A stretch of 64,000 bases of DNA, taken from the NCBI GenBank assembly GCA_002633005.1, contig NMRA01000681.1, positions 1 to 64,000 of the forward strand. Reading direction: 5' to 3'. The DNA comes from Phoronis australis. Lineage: Eukaryota; Animalia; Phoronida. Positions 25,836 through 38,728 of this stretch are shown piece by piece; the first letter of the stretch is position 1; each line of letters opens with the position of its first letter. Position numbers and translations under genes: made by a program. The notes beneath the pieces are model-generated. The model was not told the origin of the DNA and did no database searches. It saw only the letters and a list, made by a program, of their open reading frames with translations.

Positions 25836-28800
25836 CGACAAGCTACAAAGAAGCCCCTAGGGCGATAATTCTCCAAAATCCACTCGGGCTCTAGATAACG
25901 GGGGATAACGACTTCGCCATGTAATAATCTATATTTATCAGCGTGAACGTGATTATTTGAGTGAACTTTTCAAGTTTCCTCACGTATTCCACGTTCACGC
26001 ATACGCGATCTTGAGATTAAGCAAGATTCCAAGATCACGCACAGCAATTCAAGATCAATTTTATAGCAGTAAGTGGACTTAATAAATTTGTATTTTGACT
26101 GAAAACACGCAGGGTGTAATGCCGCGTTAACGTTGCATACCTTAAGTTTACTTATCTGGGACTAACGCAGTTGGTGGTGTGCGATTTAATTTTCTCAGGA
26201 TCTAGCAGGTGTCGCTGCAGTCAATTGCTGACACTTCTCGGCATCAGATTAAGGAGCCCCCACATACAATCGATCAGTTAGTTGAATACTATGCACTGCC
26301 ACCGGGCACCCATTGTCTGAGTTGAGCGCAACTTTACGCATAGTTTGACAGTGGGAACACTTGTCGTGGTGAGTATACGTTTGTGTTTATGTGAATATAG
26401 GTGATATTTTGTCTGTATTTTTCGTAGATGGAGGTTGCTATTACTACAGACATTAGGGGTGATGAAATACGCTGTTCAAAGTGTGTCATTAGTGGTGATG
26501 AAACTAGACTTGGGCTACGCTGTTCAAAGTATCTTAGCGGATTTCAAGCATGTGATTGTTTATTGTTGTTACAACTGCGAATAACCTCAGAGCGGATTGT
26601 TTGGGTTTTGCGTGACCTCGCAGACGTGGATCCAGAATGATCTGTGGGATAATGAGATCCATTGTAATTTCACATTGGTTTTAATTAAAAATTCTAGTGC
26701 GTTTCCTCTTCTTGTTCTATAATTTGTTACCGTTTTACACTAACACCAGGAGGAATAAAACAAAAACAAAACAAAATTAACCTATGACTTTCTGGAGAAA
26801 GTTTGTCTTGATGGACGGTGTCGTCAAGAATTGCGAATAAGTTTCATTTGGAATTAAAACTGAAATAATCACCTAGTTCATGTTCACTGAAGATAGAAGA
26901 CAGACTGATTCTATATAATTCCACGGTTCTCACACAACACAGACACAGGCGACTGTTTCGCCAGAATGCATTACTATTGTCACTTCTGTTTTAATCGGGT
27001 TTACGTAACTGATAAAGAACCTTGCAAAGATTCTTAAGTACCTCAACTGTAGCAAGATAATTGTCCACTAATCAAACAAAATACGGTTAACGATGTTTGT
27101 TACCAATGAAGTCTTTCTGGCTGGCTCGTGGGAATGTCAAATAAAAAGTTTTGTTTCGACTATGAAAAAACTTTGTTTCATGGAACTGCAACGTATCAAA
27201 CAGCATGTTAGTTAATTCAAACGGGAAGCACGGACGGTGAATATATTTTTAAGCTTCATGTTTCAAAGAAATCCAGTTATTAAATTACCCCCACTGCTTT
27301 CTATTTTTCTACCGCCTTTATATCTTGTAACCTAATTTGGATGAACTTAAAGAATTTTCTTTGTTAAACAGAGAAATATAATTTTTATTTATAGGAATTT
27401 TTCGGCAAATGGGGCACATTCATTGCTATCATAAAATAACTTAGCAATGAAATGGTCATATTTTACAGCTATGGATGCAAGAATAGCCGTTAGGGGGCGT
27501 CACAGTGGCAAATTTCCACCTTGGGTAGTGCTTGGCCCACAACCGAAGGTGATCGAAAAACGACAAACTCTATAGTGGGATTTTCTATATTAATATACAG
27601 GGCCCACCAAAAGGTGGAAAAAAGCGGGCCCTCTATATCAATATAGGCGGCTTCGTTCTTTTGTCGCTCCACTTTACACGGTCGTCTTCGAGCGTGGCCT
27701 TCTGACCGGGAGTCCCACTTCTGAAGTCCGACATTGAATTTTTATTTCTGTTATTTTAACAAGAAAAAATCATATAAAGTAATACGATGTGCGACAGATA
27801 CATGGATTGTTCTATCTTAGCTACCTTTCGTTTCTTTTTGAAGCTCTAGTTTTCGTTGAAGCGGAGCACATCCAAAATACAATCTTGGCAAAAAGTATGA
27901 AATCAATCATATATTCAATGACTTAATGAAATAAGAGTAGCGGTCAATCACAGTAACAGGCCTTTAATACTATTTGTCATTCTAGTCCAACAACTACAGT
28001 CATTTTTATTAAAAACTTATCAGTTCTGCTCGCAGATTGTATGGTAATGAATACACTGATGTCAATCTGTAATCTACTGTCTCCTGAACCACCACGCCAT
28101 TACCCGGAGGGAAAAGGTTTCCCTGGTGGTGTAGTGCACGGACTTCATCTTCCAGCGTTCAATTCAGTAAAGCCAGCTGTGTCTGATGACAACGTAGAAC
28201 TTGTTCTTAGCACGTCTAAGCACAGCTAAAGGCATAGTCACAACTAGTTCAGGGTGTAATATTGAAGTTCGTTTGGCATTATCTCATAATCCGTGTTGTA
28301 ATGTTATTCGTTGTCAAACCCCCCTGTCCATTAACCCTTGAACTAGGCTAGTTCGGGACAGGACCCTAAAGTTAGACACGTACATATTGGAGGCGTTCCG
28401 TAGACTCGACGCTCTTGTGTGGGAAAGCTAGTGTTTGTCACGTAGTTTCCTTGTAATTCGTGTCGATATCTTGCAGACTTGCGTCACCATGCGTTTTCGC
28501 GAGATTCCTGCGTCTACGGATGGCAGTTCTGTCTTCATTGTCGAAACCAAGGATTAAGTAGATAAAAGGTTATAACGGAGTAAAGCTATGTATAGGGTCA
28601 TGTCATGATTTTATTAAACCATGTTTTATTTTATTTTTAAACGCGTGTAGCGTAATACCGCCGCTAAAGAGTCGCATTCCCAAAGGAGCTCGCTGGAGTT
28701 TGATAAAAAACATAAAGTTAATCTAACAATGAATGGATAGCTTCCAAACTAAAAAAGCAAGGCTAAATGAACACATTAATTTCAACAATAGATTCACTGT

Positions 28801-29534
28801 AGCAGACCGTTACATTTTGTATGAAATATCGGCGTAGTTCACTGAATCCTTTATTTCTCCGCCCTTGAGTTTAAAATAGCGATTGCTTATTTTGAGATTA
28901 CCAGCATCGATAGTTATATTATTGCTGACCTCGCTGTAGGATTCGCTAATATGACTTCAATAATATGTAGTTGCCGTTGAAGTAATTTCGCCGAAGGATA
29001 TTAGAACTATGACTGTCAATCCTACTAATATACGAGGATTTACGATGGAAAAATGAGAAATTATAAAAATCTTGGTGTTAGTGTTCGTCACGATTCAAAT
29101 TGTTATTGATATAAAATACTATGGAGGCGTATGCTTAGAAATATATTGTCAAGGACAGAGGCTCATTCAACGCAAGTTGCTCATTAGTGGATTAATACCA
29201 CTATTGCTCATTATCGGTTTTACTGCCGAAAAACGCATATTGGGATTATTTCTAGAAGATGTTAGTGATATGAGTTATAAAAATAAGAAAGTCTGCTGTG
29301 TTTATGTGATTTTATTACAAATCACCAATTCTTGTCTTTGTCTGTCAAACATTCGCTGAATTCATGCCCAGTGTCTTTATCATTTAAAAGCGATTAAAAT
29401 ACTCTATTTGACACGTGTGATTTGGTTCAGCAGCAGAGTGTTCGGTTGCTACTTCGAACCTACAGTAGTTGTTTCGATTTCATACGATTTTTGTTGAGTC
29501 ACTTCCTTTTCTCGTCGAGAATGTCTCTTTAATC

Positions 29535-31216
29535 CAGTGGCGGATCTACGGGGGGGTTCAGGGGGTTTAAACCCCCCCTCGGGCCAGGACCCAAAAATTA
29601 AAAAAAAAACAAAAAAAAAACAAAAGCGTCTCCAGCAAAACAAAAACGGCACAGCCAGCGTGTGTAAACCCCAAGTAAACCAACTTGGAAAAAATTGAGA
29701 GGGGGGGTTCACTCTGAAAATATAGTTTTTTGCATTGTGAATTGCGCGGGGATTTATTGTGCGCGCGCTTCCGTCGACACTTCTGAAGTAGCCAAGCATT
29801 TTAGATGGATTCACCGCTGAAAGAGCAGTTCTACAGCTGATTTCTTTAGGTAACTAGCTTCTTTACTCTAAGATATGTTTTGATTTAATTAGGGAAAATA
29901 CTGCGGTGCCGCAACCCTGATATTCAGGCGAATTGACGTGCAACGTTTTTACCTCATCTGTTATGCCGTGTCATTCTATTACACCCCATAGTAAAGTTGT
30001 CTTGCACAATATCATACAGTGTACATGTACATGTAATATTGTGTACATGTACATGTAATATTTTTGAAAAAAATTCTTTTTTCGAAGAATTGCTATTGTG
30101 GCGGGCGCCGTGGTCTGGTCGCGAGTCCGTTTGAAGACACACTCTATAACAAGTTATGTCTATACAAGAAATGACCAAGGGAGCACTCACATTGAGAAAG
30201 TGACCGCATTCGCGAAAAGTGTACAGTACCAGAAATTGCGGGGAGGCTGTTCTTGCGGGACTCGTGCGATGTTAAATAGGCTTCCTAAGGAGCCCTAGTT
30301 CCGACCTCAACACCTACCGTCTGTCTACCTGCAATAAGCACACTGCCGTCTTCTATACTGGGAATTTCCGCAGAAAGGCTCACCCGATGAAACGCTCATG
30401 CCCATGGGCATTTATTTGATATTAGTACTTCGGGTTTCAAGCGTTCAGACATTGGGACGTTTATTTCGAAAATTGCCAGAGATGTAAATAGGTCCTGGGA
30501 TGCTTCGGTAAGGTTTAAAGTAGTCCATGATGAACGGATCAAATTTAGTTGCGCATGTAAGTCTTTCGAATGAACTTGGCAACCTCAAGGGTCTTAGTGT
30601 CAACTGAGCTGCGAAACGAGATGCTGACATTGTAGAGGCTTACAAGCTCATTGACACAGCAGTTGACGAAGTGCAAGCGTTGGGAACAAACATCGAAGAT
30701 ACATAGGCGGATTTAGGGGGGGGCCCAGGGGGCCCGCCCCCCCCCCCCACCCTTGGCTGCCGCAAAAAAATAAAACAGTTAGAGCGTAGGGAAATGTTGA
30801 GTTTATTAATTAACCCCGGTAATTAAAATTATACGGATGAAAAAAGATTTAAATGTGTGCAGTTTTAGTGTTGAGGGGGGGGGCTCAAATCCAATTTCAA
30901 GTGTCAAATTCGGAACACGGCGCATTCGTAACGNCATACCCAGATGTGCACAATATGGTTTCACGAAACTTATGTGCCAAGTTCATGTGACGAAATCGAG
31001 AAGGGTTTTTAATTATCTTAAGAAAAACTCCAGAGACATGTTAAGTGCCAGAAACTTACCAGGATGCATGGAAATTTCACTATTTGGCTACAAAAATATC
31101 TTACACGGGAGGGAAAACCCCCCTCCCGACCTCCCCCCGCTCGGCGCCACGCGCCTAGGATTCGACCTTGGCGGGAATCCTAACCCCCCCTTGCTGAAAA
31201 CGTAGATCCGCCACTG
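29535..31216. mobile_element. Non-autonomous hAT element with 5-bp TSD (hAT5-like)
   Basis: 16-bp TIR cagtggcggatctacg / cgtagatccgccactg and TSD taatc on both sides. Internal remnant NLKGLSVN*..RDADIVEAYKLIDTAVDEVQAL (~30560-30700) resembles hAT transposase. Confidence 0.75.
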
Positions 31217-31224
31217 TAATCAAC

Positions 31225-31950
31225 TGCCAAGAGGTGGCTAATATGTGAGCATTAAACACCCAGCTCTGCACCAGCACCAAGACTTTGGCTGGCACACGTA
31301 TAAAATGCATTAGTATTTAGACTCAAATCTCGCAAAGAACACCATTCTATTTCAGGCTTCAACTATACCGTAAATACCACAAGATGCTCGTTTGCCCTGG
31401 TCATAACGCAAAACGTTTGGATCAATTTTGAAAACTTCTTACTAAGTCGGCTGAGTTCTAAATCGGATGAGTACTGAGTCGGGAAGCGTGGCCTAATGTT
31501 TGGGCATCTCAAATCGCACGCTCCAATTTGTGACAAACTTAGTATCATTTCAATAAGAACCTTTTCATGTAGGCGCTCTCTAGAGTAATGAGAGCACGAA
31601 AATGACTTCCGATTCATTCCGACTCAGATTTGGTGGAGAGAAATTCAGATTACATAGGGGCTCATAAATATAAAGCAGAGAAATGAGCTCCTCTGTGAGC
31701 CCTTCCCATTGTTTGATTAGTTAAAGTTCGCTATGTTTTTTTAGTTTTTTTTGAAACTAACTGGGATCGAAATTCTCGCTTTATCTGAGACAACCACTGG
31801 CTTTGTCGCCGTAAACCATGATCTTTGCAGTGCTCCCCGGGAAATGTATGGAACAGATCGTCCTTGCTCATCAGTTGATATTTCAAAAGTTTTGCCCTTT
31901 TTTCGTTCATTCCACCAAACATCAGTGGAAAAATTTCGACAGTTTGATTG
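31225..31950 (-). pseudogene. Degenerate THAP-like and SWIM-like transposon gene remnant
   Basis: DDLFHTFPGEHCKDHGLRRQSQWLSQIKREF (THAP-like FHxFP..W). A downstream GAG...CSHISHLL is SWIM-like. Confidence 0.3.
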
Positions 31951-32869
31951 CAGGAAAGGTGTTAAAATGCTGTTGTAGGTTGAAACCTCTCGTCCACATT
32001 ACATGGTATTTGTAAGTGGCGCTGAACGCCTATCCACCAAAGACTTGATCTCCGTCTGGCGGGTTAATTTCAGTACGTATTTCGAAAGTCACTGCGAAAA
32101 CAAGGATGTTAACAAACATGTTACTGTTGTCATATATAGTATGCCTGACTGTAAATCCTTGTTAGCAGATTCACATATTATTTTTGTTTATATTCTGTAC
32201 CGAGGTGAAGAATATCGGTGGGATGTCCCCAGGCGCCAGTCTGAGTTTTTGACCTTGACATCATTTTCAAGGTGACAGTTTGGGAAAATGTCGTTGACGC
32301 GATGTTTGATCTAGAAGGAAGCTTTAGAGTTTATTCTCATTTTGTACCAAGGTGGAGCTGCGGCAATTCTAAGCGTCGGTTGATTTTGGTCACAGTGAAA
32401 AAAAGATCAATTTTGAGTAGGGCATGGCGGGAATTTTTGATAGCAGGATACTGATCTAATGAAAGACGCTTTAGATATTGTTCATATTTTGTCTCGAAGT
32501 CGAAGTGGAGCAACTCTAAGCGTCAGTCTATTCTGATGGCTCTTGAGCAGGACTTCAGTACAAGAGTTATATGGGTCGAATATGGTGAAAAACCAATAAT
32601 TTTTTTGCCTAATTTGGAAAATTGTTGTTTTTAAAATAGTCAACATTTCTTTAACATGATGCTCTACTACAGGCAAATTCTGATTTGTTTAAAATTTTGT
32701 AGAATTTATGTAATATTGACTTGCATAAAATATTTACAGCCTCATAGGGTATTCCAACATTAAATACCAGTGTTTCCCCTGGGTTTTGAAAGGAGCGTGG
32801 TTGTAAATGGCCAAAACGGGGTGCAAAGTCCATTGCCGCACGCGAATATGAGAAGTGGGAGCCCCTTAT

Positions 32870-34645
32870 AGACTCTATTCACGCGGCGGACATTAAAATC
32901 CAAAGCGAGGCTCACTGCGATAAACAAAGCGAAAGTAGACATTGCGTGAGTTAAATAGCCGGTCTTTCGAGTCCAACCTAGATATTGAATTTTAATAATG
33001 TGTCAACAATTAAACCACACAGACGTAGAAAATTACATTAGAGAACATGTTAAGGCGTCAAAGAGTTGTCTGACGAAAGGGTTTAAATTTTTTCGGAAAA
33101 CTAGGTTCGAAACATGAAAAGTAAATATGACCAAATTGCGGCGATCGTAGTGTTACGGATTAGGTATTATGCTGAATGCAGGGTTACTTTTTTCTTGTAA
33201 ATTGTTGATCAAAATACTTTCTACGCGGACCCGGTCATCTGCTCGTATTGTTGACGAGTTGAAGACATATTCGACAGTGGTGGCTGTCATGTGCAATTAG
33301 TCACATTTGGTTTAATTTTTTGATCAAGAATATTAAAATCAAGCATAATCTGATCCTATGCACTCCCTGGGACTAACAGTTGATTTGTCATTGATCTGAA
33401 AGAATAATTGATGTTATTAAATATATTTTTTATTAAAATAATAAACCAGACTCGTAATTGAAAATAATTTGACAATCAATTACGCTTTCTTGGTTGTAAT
33501 AATTCTTACGTCTATTTCATGTGTTAGATTTCAAGTATCAATTTGGACCAAGTTGAATTTTAAAATTAAAACACCTAATTCTTTCGTCCAAAACGTAACC
33601 TCGTTTTAGAACTCAATTTCAGTTAACTGGACAATGAAATCATAGTTATCATGTTTCTGCAGGAACCTCGTTCATCCGAGGGGAAAGGTGCCCGTGCCTA
33701 CTGAGAGGCGATTTTTTCGCCGAGTGAGGGTGGGAACAGTCTACCTCCCGATCACCATCAATAGCACCCCCGCCCTGTTGCAAGCTCTCATAGCCTCTGT
33801 CTTATTTTAAAGTAGCCTTTTGTGCACTTAAAAATTGTCACCTGTGTGGTTACAGGTTATGTGAACTCAGAGAGATTTTTCACTAGGGGAATTTTTATGC
33901 CTTCTGGAGGGAATTTCGCGTGATAATTCAATACTTTTGAGAGGGGAATAGGGCCGATATTGGGCCCTAAATTTGAGGGATTGAGAGCTCTGTCCTTTTT
34001 GGAAAGAAAAATTATAATGTTTCAACCCGTAGCAGGGGCGGATCCAGTATTTTGAATTAGGGGGGGGGGGCAGGCACAGGAATAAGCAACATTTCGGCAG
34101 ATGCGCGCGCCCAGCCTAAAATCTGGGGATGCAGGGGTCTTGAATTCTTGGGTTTGCGGACCTGTTGACTAAAAAAAAAGGTAAACGGGGTTCATTCAGC
34201 GCCTATGCGTTGTTTATTCACCCCCAAGACCCCCTGGTTGCGCACGTGTGCTAGTCAGCAATTCGCACCCGAACTCAAAAATGGGATCTGATACAATTTT
34301 AGTGCCCCCCCCCCTAAATCCGTAGTCATGAAAATACAACCTGGCTGGCCCATTCTCTGGTCGTTGCTATGATGCTTGACAACTGACCGAGATGCGACAA
34401 AATATGATCTAACTTTTCGAAAACATTTATTTTACACGGACATATTTTGCTTCGTCGGCGTATGGCAACGACCCAACGCTTCCGAATCTAAACGTCTTTA
34501 GAGATTGTGAAGCGTGTACGTATTTTTTCTAGCCGTTCGGGGAACAACACGGACTGAAACACAGACTCCTATGCCGATAAGCTAACAGAGCTATCGTAGC
34601 GAGCCTCGTTTTGGAACGCGCCTCCTGTCGGCGTGAATAGGGTCT
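32870..34645. mobile_element. Internally deleted ISL2EU/Harbinger-group DNA transposon
   Basis: TIR agactctattcacgc / gcgtgaatagggtct with AT on both sides. The + strand start at 32998 reads MCQQLNHTDVENYIREHVKASKSCLTKGFKFF. A minus-strand THAP remnant (IRKRWVVAIRR) lies near the right end. Second copy at 53035-54345. Confidence 0.65.
34033..34320. mobile_element. hAT-type MITE nested in the ISL2EU-like element
   Basis: Starts caggggcggatccag and ends ccccctaaatc. cgtag is duplicated on both sides. Absent at the paralogous site ~54005-54012. Confidence 0.7.
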
Positions 34646-35522
34646 ATTGTCTGGGTTTCGAAAGGAGCGTGGTGGTGAATGCTCGAAGCGGATGTGGAGC
34701 CTGGCGCCACCTGCGAGCATGGGATGAAGTGAGATCCTCCCATCGGAGGGAGGGGGGGGGGGGTTGGGAGACCTTACCCAGGCAAAATTTGAAAATTAGA
34801 CGTACTTGGTTGCAGTTTGCTCATCATAGAAAAGACCCTAACCCAAACATCATGTAGTCGAAGTATCTGGGTAAAGGACACTTCGATTCGAAATTGGCAA
34901 TGAAATGTCCTGCATAGTGTGATCTCTGTCACACTTGAGTACAAAAACAGTGTTAAAATTCAATTGTCCACGAAGTGACAAACATAGAACAAAAATATGT
35001 GAACTTTGTAGACGTAATAAACTAATTCGTGTAACGAAACTGCCGTTGATATCGTCATGCTAAACAGTAAATCAGTGATAATGGATTGGCGTTGGCCGGC
35101 ATAGCAGACGATGTATAATCCAGTCCATGCAGGCGAATCTGTAGGCAACACGTAGCCCTCGGCTGGCCATTTAGGGGCTACAATACTTCCATTCGCTTTC
35201 TGTACGCATTTCGTTACATGTATTTTAAACGGGCGGTAACTTAAATCCGGTCACCGGTTTTAGAGTTTTCACCTCGTCAAAAATACATTCCACACTTAAA
35301 ATTATCAATTAAAAAAGCGCTTACTTTCTTCATTGGTCCTTTTTTCTTCTACATATATCTTCGATGGAGTTGTGAGAATTAAGGTGACTTTGGCGAAGAA
35401 TTCCAACTTCACTTATTTGGTTGCCGTTAACTTTTTCGCCACGCGCGCGATAACCATAAGTAAGTCAACTGAGTCACGTGAGTTAGGCAAAGGCTAGCGC
35501 GAGACTGAGCGAAGCGCATAGC

Positions 35523-35758
35523 ACTAGCGCGTGACACTAGCGCGTGACACTAGCGCGTGACACCAGCGCGTGACACCAGCGCGTGACACCAGCGCGTGAC
35601 ACCAGCGCGTGACACCAGCGCGTGACACCAGCGCGTGACACCAGCGCGTGACACCAGCGCGTGTCACCAGCGCGTGACACCAGCGCGTGACACCAGCGCG
35701 TGACACCAGCGCGTGACACCAGCGCGTGACACCAGCGCGTGACACTAGCGCGTGACAC
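35523..35758. repeat. 13-bp minisatellite (caccagcgcgtga)n, ~18 copies
   Basis: Near-perfect tandem copies. Explains the periodic ORFs 35524..35769. Confidence 0.95.
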
Positions 35759-36496
35759 TTGCAAAACACGGCATGAGAAGGTATCAGTTGAAATTTTAAG
35801 ATTTGTGTCCCTTGGACTTTTTATTCGTCAACATGCGTGATTTCACCTAACTTCCTCAAAATGACACGAGGTAAGAGAAAGCAAACCGCGACAGATTTTC
35901 ATCGATTTGTTTAAGTTTTTCTGACTTAATTGTATCCATAGTCATGGTATGTGTTAATTATAACTGCATGTTCCTATACGTATGGCTTATTTGATTTTAT
36001 TTTCTGTATTTTGAAATAGTAACTGTTTGTGGGGATGTACTATCGCCCCTGTTTGCGTGCGGCATCTAGAACGATGTAATTGCCTAACGAATCTGAGACT
36101 GATTAACATTCAATACCGTCATTTTGGCGCAGATTAAACTGTTGGATGTCACGCCCTGCAGTATAATTCACAATGTCTTTTGTAAACTCGGACACGATTA
36201 AATGAATGAAGCAGAAATCTTAATGTTTCTTACTACATTAGCAAGCCCTGGCACTTTCCCATTTTAGAAAATTCGTATCGAGGTCGTTGCCTGGTCCCCG
36301 GCTGTATTAAGTTAATATGCATTGTCGAATAACCAGGCAGAAACGAGGTACGAAAAGAGGTTGGAGATTAAATGATTGTGTTTAGCGGGGGGGGGGGCAC
36401 AATTGAAGATCCCTTTGTAAAATTATCATTTTTCCCTTTCGATCCACAAACGGCGAAAGGTGCCGTGTGACTTGAACTTATTCATAATTACTAGGG

Positions 36497-36628
36497 ATCA
36501 TTTTTACTAGCGATCATTTTTACTTGCGATTCATTTTACTAGCGATCATTTTTACTAGCGATCATTTTTACTAGCGAGCATTTTTACTAGCGATCATTTT
36601 TACTAGCGATCATTTTTACTAGCGATAA
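36497..36628. repeat. 16-bp minisatellite (gatcatttttactagc)n, ~8 copies
   Basis: Direct tandem copies. Confidence 0.9.
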
Positions 36629-36924
36629 TTTTTAGTAACGATTTTTGTGTGGCGGTGAAGTTTTCCCGTCACGATTAGGCGTGTGGCGGTCAATTTGAGT
36701 ATGATGTACGTGTGGCAGGGCCAAGAAGGAGCGTGGCGGGCAGCCCAGAAGTTTACACGCAGGGGAACCCTGCAGCAAGGTACTATTATAGCGTTACCAT
36801 TAGTACCGATTAATTGATAAAACGCCACGAGGCCCTGACTATTGTCTGTGGAATTTTAAAAACAATTTTGTGAACAATGTATCTTTTCGGTGAAGTCTTT
36901 CAATTGTGGTTTTGGATTAGTAAA

Positions 36925-37830
36925 AAAAGTGGCGATCTATAACCCTGCTTATTGCTAGTTGCAAAGTATTGTCCCGGTGTAGCACTACGTATCAAACGTG
37001 TCAGTAGTGAGATTAATCATGAAAATCAAAAAGGCTTTATAAAAAGGGGATTTGTGGGTGTTATATCAAACTTTACTGAAGACAATGATATCCTTGGTCA
37101 AATAAACTTTGAGAAAGCCTCTGATTCTATTTCCAGGATTGTGATCTATGATAACACCATGACGTTTTTAATTTCAAGGGAAACTCCACTGCCTTGATTC
37201 GATTTTTAAATACCAGCAGTATTGTTTGTGTGATAAAATATGGCGTCACATCAGAATATTTCAACATTAGCCGCTGTAAGCCATAAGACGAGCCACATTT
37301 ATTCATGAGTGATGAAATAATAGGTATTTTGTTGTCAAAACAGAAATACAAAGTGAGGCACACGCCCTAATAATTATATGAGTCTAAACTTCAGCAGTTT
37401 GTAGACGATACCGCCATCTGTTTAAACGGTTCTAATGACACTTTGAGGCATCAAGTTTGAATATCGCAGACCAGTTTCATAAGTACTCAATGTATTTTGA
37501 TTGGGAATAGCAAAGGGTGCCAGTTTTATTTATGACCCGAAATTAATCTTTCTTGGATAAAAATATTTCACGATTTAGATTTAAACTTCGACTGAAATTG
37601 TTAATCTTAATTAGAGTAAAAAATTAAGAGGTCTTCAAATTTGTAAACACTAACCTGTCATATTGTGCTTCTGTTTATGTCTTCACCATCACCGCTAATG
37701 GAAGTTATTGAATCATTGGAACTTGGATTTTTCATGTTCATTTAGCATGATAATCAGAAAAAAATTAACAGAACCAATATGATTCAAGATATCAAATGAT
37801 CGATATCAAATCTTTTTATAGAGACTCTAC
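36925..37830 (+). mobile_element. Degenerate L1/Tx1-like reverse transcriptase fragment
   Basis: WRSITLL, ALRIKRV..INHENQKGFIK, INFEKASDSI, KLQQFVDDTAICL. These are the WRPI, QxGF, DFEKAFD and QFADD motifs, with frameshifts. Confidence 0.75.
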
Positions 37831-38329
37831 CATTTTCGTGGTATTTATAAAGTATATTTTTATTCAGTGGAATTTTTTTATATTTTGGTGCCTCCTCCTT
37901 TAAAAACCTCAGCGAGAACTGGTTCTGAAAATGCTAGAACCCTGCAAGTAACTATTGCCAACTCATAACAATACATCTGTTTACAACTGGTCTGCTACAA
38001 AAAAGGTATGATCATAGAATTATGGCTTGTTTGGCTCTGAAAGTGAATTTGTGTGTTGTCAGCGTTTGTGTGCAACTTATAGTATCTCAACTCTTCTTAC
38101 ACTTTGTTCTTTGCTTTAGGGAGGTAATTCAACAAAAATTGTGTACCTTTACAAATATTGGACCAACAGGTGTCATTAGTCTTCCGCACTAGACCGAATT
38201 TAATTCAACTTTAGTTTTTCATCGATACGTTGGAAAAGCAGCACTTTTTCGTGAGTGGTGAAAAAACGTTTTGTTTTTTAATTTCATCTCTAACGTTCAA
38301 CTTTGTTGATTCCAGTTTCGCAAAAGCCA

Positions 38330-38728
38330 TGAAATGTTGTGTACTAACAGGAAAGCTGTAGAATGTTGGGTACAAACAGACAAGCTGTAGAATATTGGGT
38401 ACAAACAGACAAGCTTTACAATATTGTGTACTAAAAGAAAAGCTGTAGAATGTTGGGTACTAACAGAAAAGCTGTAGAATGTTGTGTTCTAACAGACAAG
38501 CTGTAGAATGTTGTGTTCTAACAGACAAGCTGTAGAATGTTGTGTACTAACAGACAAGCCACAGAATGTTGTGTTCTAACAGACAAGCTGTAGAATGTTG
38601 TGTTCTAACAGACAAGCCACAGAATGTTGTGTTCTAACAGACAACCTGTAGAATGTTGTGTAGTAACAGAAAAGCTGTAGAATGTTGTGTTCTAACAGAC
38701 AAGCTGTAGAATGCTGGGTACTAACAGA
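38330..38728. repeat. 29-bp minisatellite (gctgtagaatgttgtgttctaacagacaa)n, ~13 copies
   Basis: Tandem copies with scattered variants. Confidence 0.92.

Noticed and set aside
26428-26640. Cys-containing ORF, possibly a PHD finger of a LINE ORF1
   Set aside because: Cys spacing is incomplete and partly due to a short internal duplication. Insufficient evidence.
38330-38728. CRISPR-like 29-bp repeat
   Set aside because: Units are directly adjacent with no unique spacers, there are no cas genes, and the context is eukaryotic.
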